DNA from: Eubacteriales bacterium
GTDB taxonomy: Bacteria; Bacillota; Clostridia; Oscillospirales; CAG-272
Reading direction: 5' to 3'
DNA length: 64,000 bases
NCBI GenBank assembly: GCA_045613205.1
Contig: JAZLAO010000093.1
Span: forward strand, 18,274-82,273
Below the pieces are notes generated by a model, which saw only the letters and a list, made by a program, of their open reading frames with translations, made no database searches and was not told the DNA's origin. The translations under genes and the position numbers were made by a program. Below, in pieces: positions 9,167 to 18,060 of the stretch (within the stretch, counting starts at the first letter, position 1; each line of letters opens with the position of its first letter).

Positions 9167-9270
9167 GTCGCCTTGCACTTTTGGGCAAATGATACTTTCT
9201 TTTCTATATATTATATATAGAATTAAATTATTGTCTTTTCGAGATATTCGAGTGACATAGGATTGTTTAA

Positions 9271-9801
9271 CTAGCAAAAAGTGTCCTTGTAACTCTTTAT
9301 AGCGTTTTCTATAACTCTTGCAGCGACCTCCCTGGGACTAACCTCGTCTACTGCTGTAGTTTTGTTTTCCAGATTTTTATAAACTGTGAAAAAGTGACGC
9401 ATTTCCTCGAAAATATGAGACGGAAGCTGATCTATGTCGCTGTAATTATTATAGTTTGGGTCGTTAAAAGGTATTGCTATGATTTTTTCATCCTGTCTTC
9501 CGTTATCAATCATTGATATAACACCTATCGGGTAGGCTCTCACAAGGGACATCGGCTCAATCGGCTCTGCACACAAAAGCAAAACGTCGAGCGGATCGCC
9601 GTCGTCACCGTAAGTACGCGGAATAAATCCGTAATTCGCCGGATAGTGTGTTGAGGTATAAAGAATTCTGTCGAGAATAATAAGTCCTGTTTCTTTATCT
9701 AACTCATATTTCTTTTTGCTTCCCTTGGATATTTCTATTACACATATAAAATCCTGGGGTTTAATTCTGCTTGGCGAGATATCATGCCAGATATTAGACA
9801 T
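9271..9801 (-). CDS. ppa: Family I inorganic pyrophosphatase
   Basis: YPANYGFIPRTYGDDGDPLDVLLL and DEKIIAIP motifs, at 176 aa. Confidence 0.9.
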   Translation of the reverse strand: MSNIWHDISPSRIKPQDFICVIEISKGSKKKYELDKETGLIILDRILYTSTHYPANYGFIPRTYGDDGDPLDVLLLCAEPIEPMSLVRAYPIGVISMIDNGRQDEKIIAIPFNDPNYNNYSDIDQLPSHIFEEMRHFFTVYKNLENKTTAVDEVSPREVAARVIENAIKSYKDTFC

Positions 9802-9836
9802 TTGTATTTCCTTTCATATACGTAATATGCCAAACT

Positions 9837-10811
9837 TTATCCTTTTATATGCTCTTCCAAGAGCTCAGCGGTCATTCCGTATATATAATCATTAACAGTT
9901 ATGTTTTTGAGTGAATCCTTAATATTAAAAATTGATTTTCCGCGAAGCATATTTTCTATATAGAGAACGTCCTTCGTACCAAAAAAATCTCCGAAAAATT
10001 TAATATCGGAAATTATATCGTTTGACATAGACATATGCACTTCGAGAAGGCCGAAATCATATTTTTTCTTTTTGGTGACTTTATATTCCGAAAGATATGC
10101 CCTACTTGGAAAAATCCATTCAAGACTTTCGTTTCTTGTTTTTAAATTTTCCACCTCGAAGTTTTCCGGCGCGGAAATAATTTCGGGATTAAATTTCTGC
10201 TTTACGTACTCGGCAATTCTATCAATAAATTCGTCTACGCAAAGTTCTTCATCTATGAGGCTTTTAAGATTCACCACTCTTGAGCGCGCAGACTTTATCG
10301 AACGTGCCCGAAGCTTCTCCTCATCAACGTGAAGTGCCGATGAGAGCACCTCGAGGTTTGAATTAAAAAGTATGGTTCCATGATGCAGGACTCGGCTGCC
10401 AAGTGCGTGCTGAGCATTGCCCGAAAACTTCCTATCTCCCAAAATTAAGTCATTTCTGCCCGAAAGTTTTGCCGCAATTCCCATATTTTTAAGCGCTTCA
10501 ATGATTGGCTCAGTGAAATATTCAAAATCAATTCCCGAGTTTTTTTCACGTGTTGAAATAAAAGAATAATTGACATTACCGAGGTCATGATATACGGCTC
10601 CTCCGCCCGTTATACGGCGAACGATATGTATTTTGTTTTCCTTTACGTAATCCATATTTATCTCGGTATACGCATTCTGATTTTTACCTATTATTACGGA
10701 CGGCTCGTTTTGCCAAAGCATAAAGATATCGTCCGAGGTCTCGGAAAACAGATATTCTTCTATTGCCAGATTGATATACGGATTTTGCGTTTTTAATATT
10801 AAAAATTTCAT
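9837..10811 (-). CDS. lplA: Lipoate-protein ligase A
   Basis: RRITGGGAVYHDLGNVNYSF and KFSGNAQH motifs. Start taken at the ATG at 10811 (MKFLILKT...), because the track start at 10832 lies inside a GC-rich hairpin. Confidence 0.85.
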   Translation of the reverse strand: MKFLILKTQNPYINLAIEEYLFSETSDDIFMLWQNEPSVIIGKNQNAYTEINMDYVKENKIHIVRRITGGGAVYHDLGNVNYSFISTREKNSGIDFEYFTEPIIEALKNMGIAAKLSGRNDLILGDRKFSGNAQHALGSRVLHHGTILFNSNLEVLSSALHVDEEKLRARSIKSARSRVVNLKSLIDEELCVDEFIDRIAEYVKQKFNPEIISAPENFEVENLKTRNESLEWIFPSRAYLSEYKVTKKKKYDFGLLEVHMSMSNDIISDIKFFGDFFGTKDVLYIENMLRGKSIFNIKDSLKNITVNDYIYGMTAELLEEHIKG

Positions 10812-10827
10812 ACTCAATATATAGTAA

Positions 10828-10854
10828 TACATGGGGCGACGGGCGCCCGATGTA
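10828..10854 (-). other. GC-rich stem-loop between the E1 and lplA genes
   Basis: tacatggggcg / cgcccgatgta (5 + 5 bp around one mismatch, 5-nt loop), in an otherwise AT-rich spacer. Confidence 0.4.
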
Positions 10855-10864
10855 TTTTTGTTAA

Positions 10865-13351
10865 TTAAAGTCCCTTCTTTGCTCTGTCAACTTTCTCGAT
10901 ATCGGTAAAGTTGTTGGTCGGAACGTGTCCGGGCAAAGGCATAATCTTCTCATGAAGGGCATCGATAATCCAATCTGCCTGCGGGAAGAAGCTCTTTTCA
11001 AGCTCGAATGCAGGAGTTATCCAGTTACGAGAACCTACAACAACTGCAGGACCGTCAAGATAATCGAAGCACATTTCCGTGATATTGGACGCCATATCTC
11101 TCATTACAGAGTTTCTCTCGCAAGCATCGCCTACAAGAATTATCTTACCGGTCTTCTTAATAGACTCGATAACCTTCTCGTAGTTGAAAGGAACGATAGA
11201 ACGCGCATCAATAATTTCAGCGGAAACGCCATATTTCTCTTCAAGAATCTTTGCAGCTTCAAGGGCTCTGTAAAGAACTGCGCCGATGGTAAGAATTGTT
11301 ACGTCCTTACCCTCTTTCTTAACGTCGGGCTCACCGAACGGAATTTCGAAGTGTCCTTCAGGAACACCGTTCTTCTCGAACTGCTCACCAAATCCGTAAA
11401 TTCTCTGGCTCTCGAAGAATACAACGGGGTCGGTTCCGTCAAGGGCGCTTGTCATAAGACCCTTTGCATCTGTAGGTGTTGCGGGGAATACAACCTTAAG
11501 ACCGGGAATGTGAGCACAGAGAGCGGTCCAGTCCTGAGAGTGCTGTGCACCGTACTTTGAGCCAACAGAAACACGAAGAGTGATAGGCATCTTAAGGATA
11601 CCTGCAGACATAGCCTGCCACTTAGCCATCTGATTGAATATTTCGTCACCTGCGCAGCCAATGAAGTCAGCGTACATAAGCTCAACTATAGCACGGCCGC
11701 CGCACATTGCATAACCTACCGCAGAGCCTACAATTGCGGACTCGGAGATAGGAGAGTTGAAGAAACGGTGATAAGGAACAGCCTCGGTCATCTTCTTATA
11801 AACACCGAATGCTCCGCCCCAGTCGCGGTTATCTTCACCGTATGCGATAAGGGTGGGGTCATCGTAGAACTTATCGATGATAGGCTCAAAGAGAGCGTCG
11901 CATACGTTATACATCTTCATCTTGGAAACAGGCTTGCCGTTTGCATCGGTAGCAGTACGAACCTTGCCTGCGATTTCCTTAACTCTCGGGCATTCTTCCT
12001 TAGGAAGAAGCATTTCTGCCTTGCGCTCGGGATCCATGCTTACAACCTTCTGGTTGGAGAACATGATAGATGCGATTGCATCGGGCTCTTTGTTAAGGTC
12101 CATACGGGGAGAAATATCGTCGTTGATAGCGAGCTTCATAATCTCGGTCATGCGACTTGTAATCTCTTCGTGAAGAGTTGCGATCTCGTTTTCGGTTGCA
12201 ATTTTACCCTTGATAAGCTTGTTCTTAAATGCAAGGATAGGATCTGCAGCCTTCCAAGCCTCGATCTCCTCAGCAGTACGGTAGGTAGAGGAGTCAGAGG
12301 GAGAGTGACCGGATACACGGTATGTAACAACGTCAAGAAGAGCCGGTCCCTTACCTGCAAGAAGAAGCTCCTTTTTACGAGATACTGCATCAATAACTGC
12401 AAGAGGATCGTAACCGTTAACACGCTCTGCGTGCATCTGCTCGGGATTGAAGCCTGCGCCAAGACGTGCGACCATATCGAATCCCATGGTTTCGCCTCTT
12501 GTCTGACCGCCCATTCCGTAGTGGTTGTTGAAGACGTTGAAGAGGATAGGAAGACCTGCATCGCTGTACTTGCCGTCCATACCCCAGAGCTTTGTAATCT
12601 GGTCCATAGATGCGAAGTTGAGGGACTCAAGAACAGGTCCGCGTCCGGTAGCGCCGTCGCCGCAGTTGGAAACGATAATACCGGGCTTGCTGTTTGCTCT
12701 CTTATAAAGAGCCGCACCGAGCGCGATGGGAGCGGATGCTCCAACTATTGCGTTGTTGGGCATAAGTCCGAAAGGAATGAAGAATGCGTGCATCGAGCCG
12801 CCAAGACCGCGGTTGAAGCCCGTCTTACGAGCAAATATTTCTGCAAGAGCACCGTAAAGAAGGAAGTTTATCGCAAGCTCCTTTACGTTTCCATTGGCAT
12901 TCATATGCTTTTCAACAACAGAAAGAACGGTTCCGTCAAGGAATTCCTTCATTATGTCATAAACCTCTTGGTCATCAAGCTTATGAATCGAGGAAAGACC
13001 CTTTGCAAGAATTTCACCGTGGCTGCGGTGAGAACCGAAGGAAAGGTCGTTAATATCAAGGCTGTAAGCTTCACCGACAGCCGATGCTTCCTGACCTATC
13101 GAAAGGTGCGCAGGACCGGGGTTGTTGTACTCAACACCGTTGTAGTTAGACTTCGTTTTAACATCATTAAGCATGGTTTCAAACTCACGGATGATAGCCA
13201 TGTCACGATAGATACGAAGGAAATCCTCTTTAGTATAAATTTTCTTTTCTTCAGCAAGCGTTTTCTTGTACTGACAAACGGGAATATCCTCAAAGTGGAT
13301 ATAGCCTGCTTCAAACGCTTTGCCGGGATCAACGTATTGACTCTTAGGCAT
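10865..13351 (-). CDS. TPP-dependent 2-oxoacid/acetoin dehydrogenase E1 component, fused alpha-beta (828 aa)
   Basis: The N-terminal half carries E1-alpha features: a TPP motif (GDGATGRGPVLESLNFASM...NNHYGMG) and the phospho-loop-like YRVSGHSPSD. The C-terminal half is E1-beta (FNSPISESAIVGSAVGYAMCGGRAIVELMYADF). The RBS is AAGGAGA. Confidence 0.85.
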   Translation of the reverse strand: MPKSQYVDPGKAFEAGYIHFEDIPVCQYKKTLAEEKKIYTKEDFLRIYRDMAIIREFETMLNDVKTKSNYNGVEYNNPGPAHLSIGQEASAVGEAYSLDINDLSFGSHRSHGEILAKGLSSIHKLDDQEVYDIMKEFLDGTVLSVVEKHMNANGNVKELAINFLLYGALAEIFARKTGFNRGLGGSMHAFFIPFGLMPNNAIVGASAPIALGAALYKRANSKPGIIVSNCGDGATGRGPVLESLNFASMDQITKLWGMDGKYSDAGLPILFNVFNNHYGMGGQTRGETMGFDMVARLGAGFNPEQMHAERVNGYDPLAVIDAVSRKKELLLAGKGPALLDVVTYRVSGHSPSDSSTYRTAEEIEAWKAADPILAFKNKLIKGKIATENEIATLHEEITSRMTEIMKLAINDDISPRMDLNKEPDAIASIMFSNQKVVSMDPERKAEMLLPKEECPRVKEIAGKVRTATDANGKPVSKMKMYNVCDALFEPIIDKFYDDPTLIAYGEDNRDWGGAFGVYKKMTEAVPYHRFFNSPISESAIVGSAVGYAMCGGRAIVELMYADFIGCAGDEIFNQMAKWQAMSAGILKMPITLRVSVGSKYGAQHSQDWTALCAHIPGLKVVFPATPTDAKGLMTSALDGTDPVVFFESQRIYGFGEQFEKNGVPEGHFEIPFGEPDVKKEGKDVTILTIGAVLYRALEAAKILEEKYGVSAEIIDARSIVPFNYEKVIESIKKTGKIILVGDACERNSVMRDMASNITEMCFDYLDGPAVVVGSRNWITPAFELEKSFFPQADWIIDALHEKIMPLPGHVPTNNFTDIEKVDRAKKGL

Positions 13352-13372
13352 AATAATATCTCCTTAAATAAA

Positions 13373-14734
13373 TTATTCCATAAACATTGCTTCGCGAATT
13401 ACTTCGCAAACGGTGGGATGCGGGAATACGAGCTTCTGAACGTCGGCAACTCTCATTTCGGTTTCAACCATCATTGCTGCACCGTATATAATTTCAGAAG
13501 CGTAGCTGCCTATCATATGAACACCGATAATGTTGTGATGCTTATTGTCGGTTATGATTTTGACAACACCGTTTCCGTGCTCGTTTTCTGCTATGTAACG
13601 TCCGCTGTACTTAAGGGTTACGGTTTCAACAGAAGCGTCAAGCCCCTTCTCTTTTACAGACTCGGTTGTTTCACCTACAGATGCAACCTCGGGGTTTGTA
13701 TAAATAACGGCAGGAATAGAATTGTAATTGATTCTGTCCTTTTTGCCAAGAATATTATTAATGCAAACCTCACCCTCGCGATAAGCCGTGTGAGCGAGCA
13801 TAGACTTTCCGTTAACGTCGCCTGCTGCCCAGACACCCGGAACGTTGGTTTTACCGTATTCGTTGGTTACTATAGCACCGCGCTCAAGCTTAAGACCTAT
13901 GTTTTCGCAGCCAATTCCTGCTGTTCTTGCACGTCTGCCAATAGAGACGAGAGCATAATCTGCAACAATTTCTGTTACCTTGCCGTCCTTTTCGTAGGTA
14001 ACGGCATTGTTCTTAATCGATGTAACCTTTGCGCCAAGAATGAACTTGACTCCGCGCTTCGCATATTCCTTCTCAAGCATAGTAGAAATTTCACGGTCGG
14101 TAGCGCCTGCGATGTGGTCCATCATTTCTACAACGTATACTGCCGAGCCGACAGAGTTGAAATATGAAGCCATCTCAAGTCCGATAACACCGCCGCCTAC
14201 GATAACTATAGTTTTGGGAATCTCTTTGAGGTCGAGAACCTCTCTGTTTGTAAGAGCAAATCCCGATTTAAGAGAATCTGCAAGACCGTCAATGGGAGGA
14301 AGCGCTGCAGACGAGCCGGTAGCGATAAGGAGCTGTTTTCCAACGTAATCCTTACCGTCAGCTGTAACAACAAAGCCTTCAGCGTTTCTTTCTTTTATGC
14401 AGGCTGTCGCCTTTACAACCTCAACTCCAGCCTTTTTAAGCTTTGCTCCAACACCGGAAACAAGCTGCTTTACAACCTTGTTTTTTCTTTCGACTACGAA
14501 AGCATGGTCGATTGAGGCAGAGCCGAATTTTACTCCGTAATCCTCACCGTGCTTCGCATAATCGTAGATTTTTGCCGAATAAAGAAGCGTTTTAGTGGGA
14601 ATACAGCCTTCGTTAAGACATACTCCGCCAAGTGCTCTTTCTTCGATTACGAGGGTTTTGAGCCCTGCGTGACCTGCACGCTCAGCCGCGTTATATCCAC
14701 CGGGGCCGCCACCAAGAATTATAAGATCATACAT
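13373..14734 (-). CDS. lpdA: Dihydrolipoyl dehydrogenase (E3)
   Basis: An FAD fold (MYDLIILGGGPGGY), the redox disulfide (GGVCLNEGCIPTK) and a C-terminal HPT motif (FPHPTVCE). The ATG at 14734 is 8 nt after GGAGG; the track start at 14743 is a GTG inside the SD. Confidence 0.9.
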   Translation of the reverse strand: MYDLIILGGGPGGYNAAERAGHAGLKTLVIEERALGGVCLNEGCIPTKTLLYSAKIYDYAKHGEDYGVKFGSASIDHAFVVERKNKVVKQLVSGVGAKLKKAGVEVVKATACIKERNAEGFVVTADGKDYVGKQLLIATGSSAALPPIDGLADSLKSGFALTNREVLDLKEIPKTIVIVGGGVIGLEMASYFNSVGSAVYVVEMMDHIAGATDREISTMLEKEYAKRGVKFILGAKVTSIKNNAVTYEKDGKVTEIVADYALVSIGRRARTAGIGCENIGLKLERGAIVTNEYGKTNVPGVWAAGDVNGKSMLAHTAYREGEVCINNILGKKDRINYNSIPAVIYTNPEVASVGETTESVKEKGLDASVETVTLKYSGRYIAENEHGNGVVKIITDNKHHNIIGVHMIGSYASEIIYGAAMMVETEMRVADVQKLVFPHPTVCEVIREAMFME

Positions 14735-14749
14735 TAGTGACACCTCCGA

Positions 14750-16081
14750 TTACTTTGTAAGCAAAATATCAAAGTTTTCGAGTGCGAAGCAAAGCTCCTT
14801 CAAGAACTTCGCAGCAGGAGCTCCGTCAAGCGCTCTGTGGTCAAACGTAAGCGAAAGACCCATCGCGGGATAGGTAACGTCCTCTCCGTTGACTTCCTTA
14901 ATTCTCTTTGTGATATTGTTTACACCGAGAATAGCTGTCTGGGGAGGATTGATAACGGGAGTAAAGCTCTCAATTCCAAGCGAGCCAAGGTTAGTCACTG
15001 TAAACGAGCCGCCCTGAAGCTTATCGGGGCTGATGTTACCGGACTGCGCCTCAGTGATAACAGTCTTAGCTGCCTTGGAAAGCTCGTTCAAGGAAAGCTT
15101 TTCAGCGGCAAATACGGTAGGAACAAGAAGTCCTCTGTCTGTGTCTACCGCAATACCGAGGTTTACATTATTAAAGTATCTCATCACGTCATCAAGGTAA
15201 TGCGCGTTAAGCTCCTTATGATTAAGGATAACGCGTGATACTGCGAAGAGAATCATATCGTTAAGCGTGATATTCGCAAGCCCCATCTTTTCAGCTCCCG
15301 CCTTAAGAGATGCGCGAAGAGCCATAAGCTTGGTTGCGTCGAAGGAAGAATTGAGAGTGAGCTGTGCCATGTTCGAAAGAGAGGCATGCATTGCCTTTGC
15401 AATAACCTTTCTCACATTGGAAAGCTTAACGTCCTCGTAAGCTGCTACGGGTGCTGCGGTTGCCGCTTCAGGTGCTGCTGCTGCGGGAGCGTTAAGGTCG
15501 GAAAGAACAACCTTGCCGTTGATTCCGCTTCCCTCAACCGCTGAGGTGTAGCCTGCTTTAGCTGCAGCCGATACGGTAAGTCCCATATCAACAAGCTTCT
15601 GAACGTCTCTTTCAATAATTCTGCCGTTAGGTCCGGTAGGAACGGCCTTCAAAAGATCTGCGTTTGTTTTTTCTGCGAGAAGTCTTGCTCTCGGAGAAAT
15701 AGAGCCGATGCCCTGTGTTGCAACAGGTGCAGGTTCAGCGCTTACCGAAGCTGCGGGAGTTTCCTTTACCTCTGCCTTTTCCGCAGGTACTTCAGCAGGA
15801 GCTTCCCCCTCAGCCTTGGGTGCGAAAGCGGATACGTCCTCACCGTCGTTTCCGATTACGAGAACGTTTTCAAGACAAGGAACGTCATCGCCCTCTTCTC
15901 TGAATATTGCAAGAATCTTACCTGCGACAGGTGCGGGTTCTTCGAAAGAAGACTTATCCGTTTCATAAGAGAAAAGAATTTCCCCTGCTTCAACGGTATC
16001 ACCAAGCTTTTTGTTGAACGCGGTAATTATACAGCTTTCAACGCTCTGGCCCTGACGAGGCATAATTACTACTGTAGCCAT
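14750..16081 (-). CDS. Dihydrolipoamide acyltransferase (E2), single lipoyl domain
   Basis: A lipoyl-lysine context (SYETDKSSFE), an Ala/Pro linker, a peripheral-subunit-binding domain (ISPRARLLAEK...GPNGRIIERDV) and the catalytic motif DHRALDGAPAAKFL. Confidence 0.9.
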   Translation of the reverse strand: MATVVIMPRQGQSVESCIITAFNKKLGDTVEAGEILFSYETDKSSFEEPAPVAGKILAIFREEGDDVPCLENVLVIGNDGEDVSAFAPKAEGEAPAEVPAEKAEVKETPAASVSAEPAPVATQGIGSISPRARLLAEKTNADLLKAVPTGPNGRIIERDVQKLVDMGLTVSAAAKAGYTSAVEGSGINGKVVLSDLNAPAAAAPEAATAAPVAAYEDVKLSNVRKVIAKAMHASLSNMAQLTLNSSFDATKLMALRASLKAGAEKMGLANITLNDMILFAVSRVILNHKELNAHYLDDVMRYFNNVNLGIAVDTDRGLLVPTVFAAEKLSLNELSKAAKTVITEAQSGNISPDKLQGGSFTVTNLGSLGIESFTPVINPPQTAILGVNNITKRIKEVNGEDVTYPAMGLSLTFDHRALDGAPAAKFLKELCFALENFDILLTK

Positions 16082-16108
16082 TTATTTGCTCCTTTTTGGA
16101 ATAGAAAA

Positions 16109-16801
16109 TTATTTATTCTTTTCTTTGATAAGCTTAAGCAGAGTGGTGTCGCCAAAGGCGTCCTTCCAATCTCTATCAAAGCCTAATATAGACGTGTCGG
16201 TTGTAGTGTGAGAAATCAACATCTTCATAATTGTTGAACCAATAGTTGCTGCATGACAACCCGCGACGGCAACGTCAAGTACCTCTTTAGCCGTTTTGAA
16301 GCTTGCGGCAAGAATTTGTGTTTTAGTCCCGCAAGTCTTGAAAATCTTAGCAATATCTTCAACTGTACCAACTCCGTCAGCGCACAGATTTTCAGATCTG
16401 CTTATATACGGCGCAACATAAGATGCACCTGCGTTAGATGCAAGCATTGCCTGTGCTGCCGTAAGAACTGCCGTTACAGTAACACCGACACCTCTATCCG
16501 AAAGATATTTTGTAACTCTCAGTCCGGTATCGGTTATCGGAATTTTAACAAAGGTATTGATTCCAAGCATATCAACAAGAAGTCTTGATTCCTCAATAAT
16601 CTTATCAAAATCCTTTTCCGTAACCTGAACGTGAAGTTCCTTATCTTCCCCAATTATACCGCGAATCGTTTTCAGCTGTTCTACCACGTCTCCGCCCTCT
16701 TTTGAAAGAATAGTGGGATTTGTGGTAACGCCTTCAATCGGATAGAAGGTGTTGAAATAACGAATAGAATCTAAATTCGCGGTGTCGAGTAAAATTCTCA
16801 T
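16109..16801 (-). CDS. Short transaldolase / fructose-6-phosphate aldolase family (TalC/FSA type, 230 aa)
   Basis: LLDTANLDSI...GVTTNPTIL, and the Schiff-base lysine context NTFVKIPIT. Confidence 0.85.
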   Translation of the reverse strand: MRILLDTANLDSIRYFNTFYPIEGVTTNPTILSKEGGDVVEQLKTIRGIIGEDKELHVQVTEKDFDKIIEESRLLVDMLGINTFVKIPITDTGLRVTKYLSDRGVGVTVTAVLTAAQAMLASNAGASYVAPYISRSENLCADGVGTVEDIAKIFKTCGTKTQILAASFKTAKEVLDVAVAGCHAATIGSTIMKMLISHTTTDTSILGFDRDWKDAFGDTTLLKLIKEKNK

Positions 16802-16813
16802 ATTACCTCGAAA

Positions 16814-17434
16814 TTATCTCTTCCACTGAAGTGTGTAGTGAACGTCGTCAGCCTTCTCTTCAGCAGTGTATTTTCTGAGAGTGTTAACAACCTCACCGTT
16901 GTTGTACTTTCTGTCGTTGATAGGATCAGGAGTACCCATAACGGTTACGTTAAGCTGTCTGTGACGAGCGCGAACGTGGTCCCAGTCGATGAAGTAAACG
17001 TGAGCAAACTCACCGCCGTCAAGAACACCGTCCTTAATGGTCATAGTCTCGCTTCTTCCGAAGAAGCAGGAACGAAGGTGACCGTCTGTGTTCATGCTGG
17101 TGTAATCACCGGGCTCGTTTACATATCTTCCGAACTGAGAGTGAATAGGACCGGGATGACGGTACTGATGCTCCTCTGCAAAGTCGGGAATCATCTTTCT
17201 CATTATGTCGAGAAGGTCGTGCTGAAGATACTCAAGGTCGAAGGAATCAACATCGTGAGAGCACTCCTGAATCATTACTGAGCAGGTGGTGTGGTGAGAA
17301 GCGATACATACGGTACCGTTCTTGATTCCTGACTCCTCAACGATATGAAGGATGTCGCTTGTTACGTCGTGGAAAGTGGGAATCCAGCCTCTTGACTGGA
17401 GTTCAATTTCCTTTTGAAATACCTTAAATTCCAT
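16814..17434 (-). CDS. YjbQ/UPF0047-family protein, extended form (206 aa)
   Basis: HHTTCSVMIQE and TDGHLRSCFFGRSETMTIKDGVLDGGEFAHVYFIDWD align by eye with E. coli YjbQ (HTSASLTLNE; PSHIKSSMLGTSLVLPV...G.WQGIWL). It has an internal insertion and a C-terminal extension of about 45 aa. Confidence 0.7.
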   Translation of the reverse strand: MEFKVFQKEIELQSRGWIPTFHDVTSDILHIVEESGIKNGTVCIASHHTTCSVMIQECSHDVDSFDLEYLQHDLLDIMRKMIPDFAEEHQYRHPGPIHSQFGRYVNEPGDYTSMNTDGHLRSCFFGRSETMTIKDGVLDGGEFAHVYFIDWDHVRARHRQLNVTVMGTPDPINDRKYNNGEVVNTLRKYTAEEKADDVHYTLQWKR

Positions 17435-17463
17435 AATTTGAAAATCTCCTTTTATAAAATAAA

Positions 17464-18060
17464 TTAATTATTGTTAAGTCTTTTTCCGACAGCTCCGCCG
17501 GGATGAATGAGGGCAAAATCCATTTTCTGATAGCCTGTGTAATCAAGGATTGCCGCCTGAAGCGCATCAAATATAGCATTGGTAACAGCAAAGCTTGTAG
17601 TTCCCTGGCAATTATACTTATCACATTCCTTTGTGACCTTCATTGCAAGAACTATATCCGAAGCTTTTGCAAGGGGGGATTCAAGATTTTCGGTAACACC
17701 GATTATCGTTGCACCCTTTACCTTACATACATCGATTATAGTCATAAGCTCGTCTGTTTTTCCACCGCGGGAAACGAAGAGCATAACGTCGCCCTTTTTT
17801 ATGTATCCAAGGCCACCGTGTACCGCTTCGGCAGGAGAGATAAATTTTGCGGGTCGCTCGATGCAGCACATAAGATGCGCAAAATGCCTGCAGGCAATGC
17901 CGGAGTGACCGCATCCCGATGCACCTATTCGTTCTGCGTTTGCAAGTGCAACTACTGCGCGGCGCATCTCTTCTCTGTCAAGAACCTTTGCCGTTTCAAG
18001 AATTGATTCGGCTTCCGTGCGGAATGCTTCGTATGCCTGGTCGAGAGAATTTTCTATCAC
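17464..18060 (-). CDS. KpsF/GutQ-type SIS-domain sugar-phosphate isomerase without CBS domains
   Basis: GASGCGHSG, SPAEAVHGGLGYIKKGDVMLFVSRGGKTDE and ALIHPGGAVGKRL match the arabinose-5-phosphate-isomerase SIS core. The likely start is the GTG at 18060, overlapping the upstream stop as GTGA, with GAGGTG 8 nt upstream. Confidence 0.8.
   Translation of the reverse strand: MIENSLDQAYEAFRTEAESILETAKVLDREEMRRAVVALANAERIGASGCGHSGIACRHFAHLMCCIERPAKFISPAEAVHGGLGYIKKGDVMLFVSRGGKTDELMTIIDVCKVKGATIIGVTENLESPLAKASDIVLAMKVTKECDKYNCQGTTSFAVTNAIFDALQAAILDYTGYQKMDFALIHPGGAVGKRLNNN

Noticed and set aside
11768-14167. A 799-aa uninterrupted ORF on the plus strand, spanning the E1 and E3 genes and their spacer.
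   Set aside because: It is exactly antisense, codon for codon, to two strongly codon-biased genes that avoid TTA, CTA and TCA. This is the classic shadow-ORF effect. The translation is Cys/Asn/Val-rich low-complexity sequence with no motif and no RBS. The minus-strand genes have unmistakable E1 and E3 motifs.
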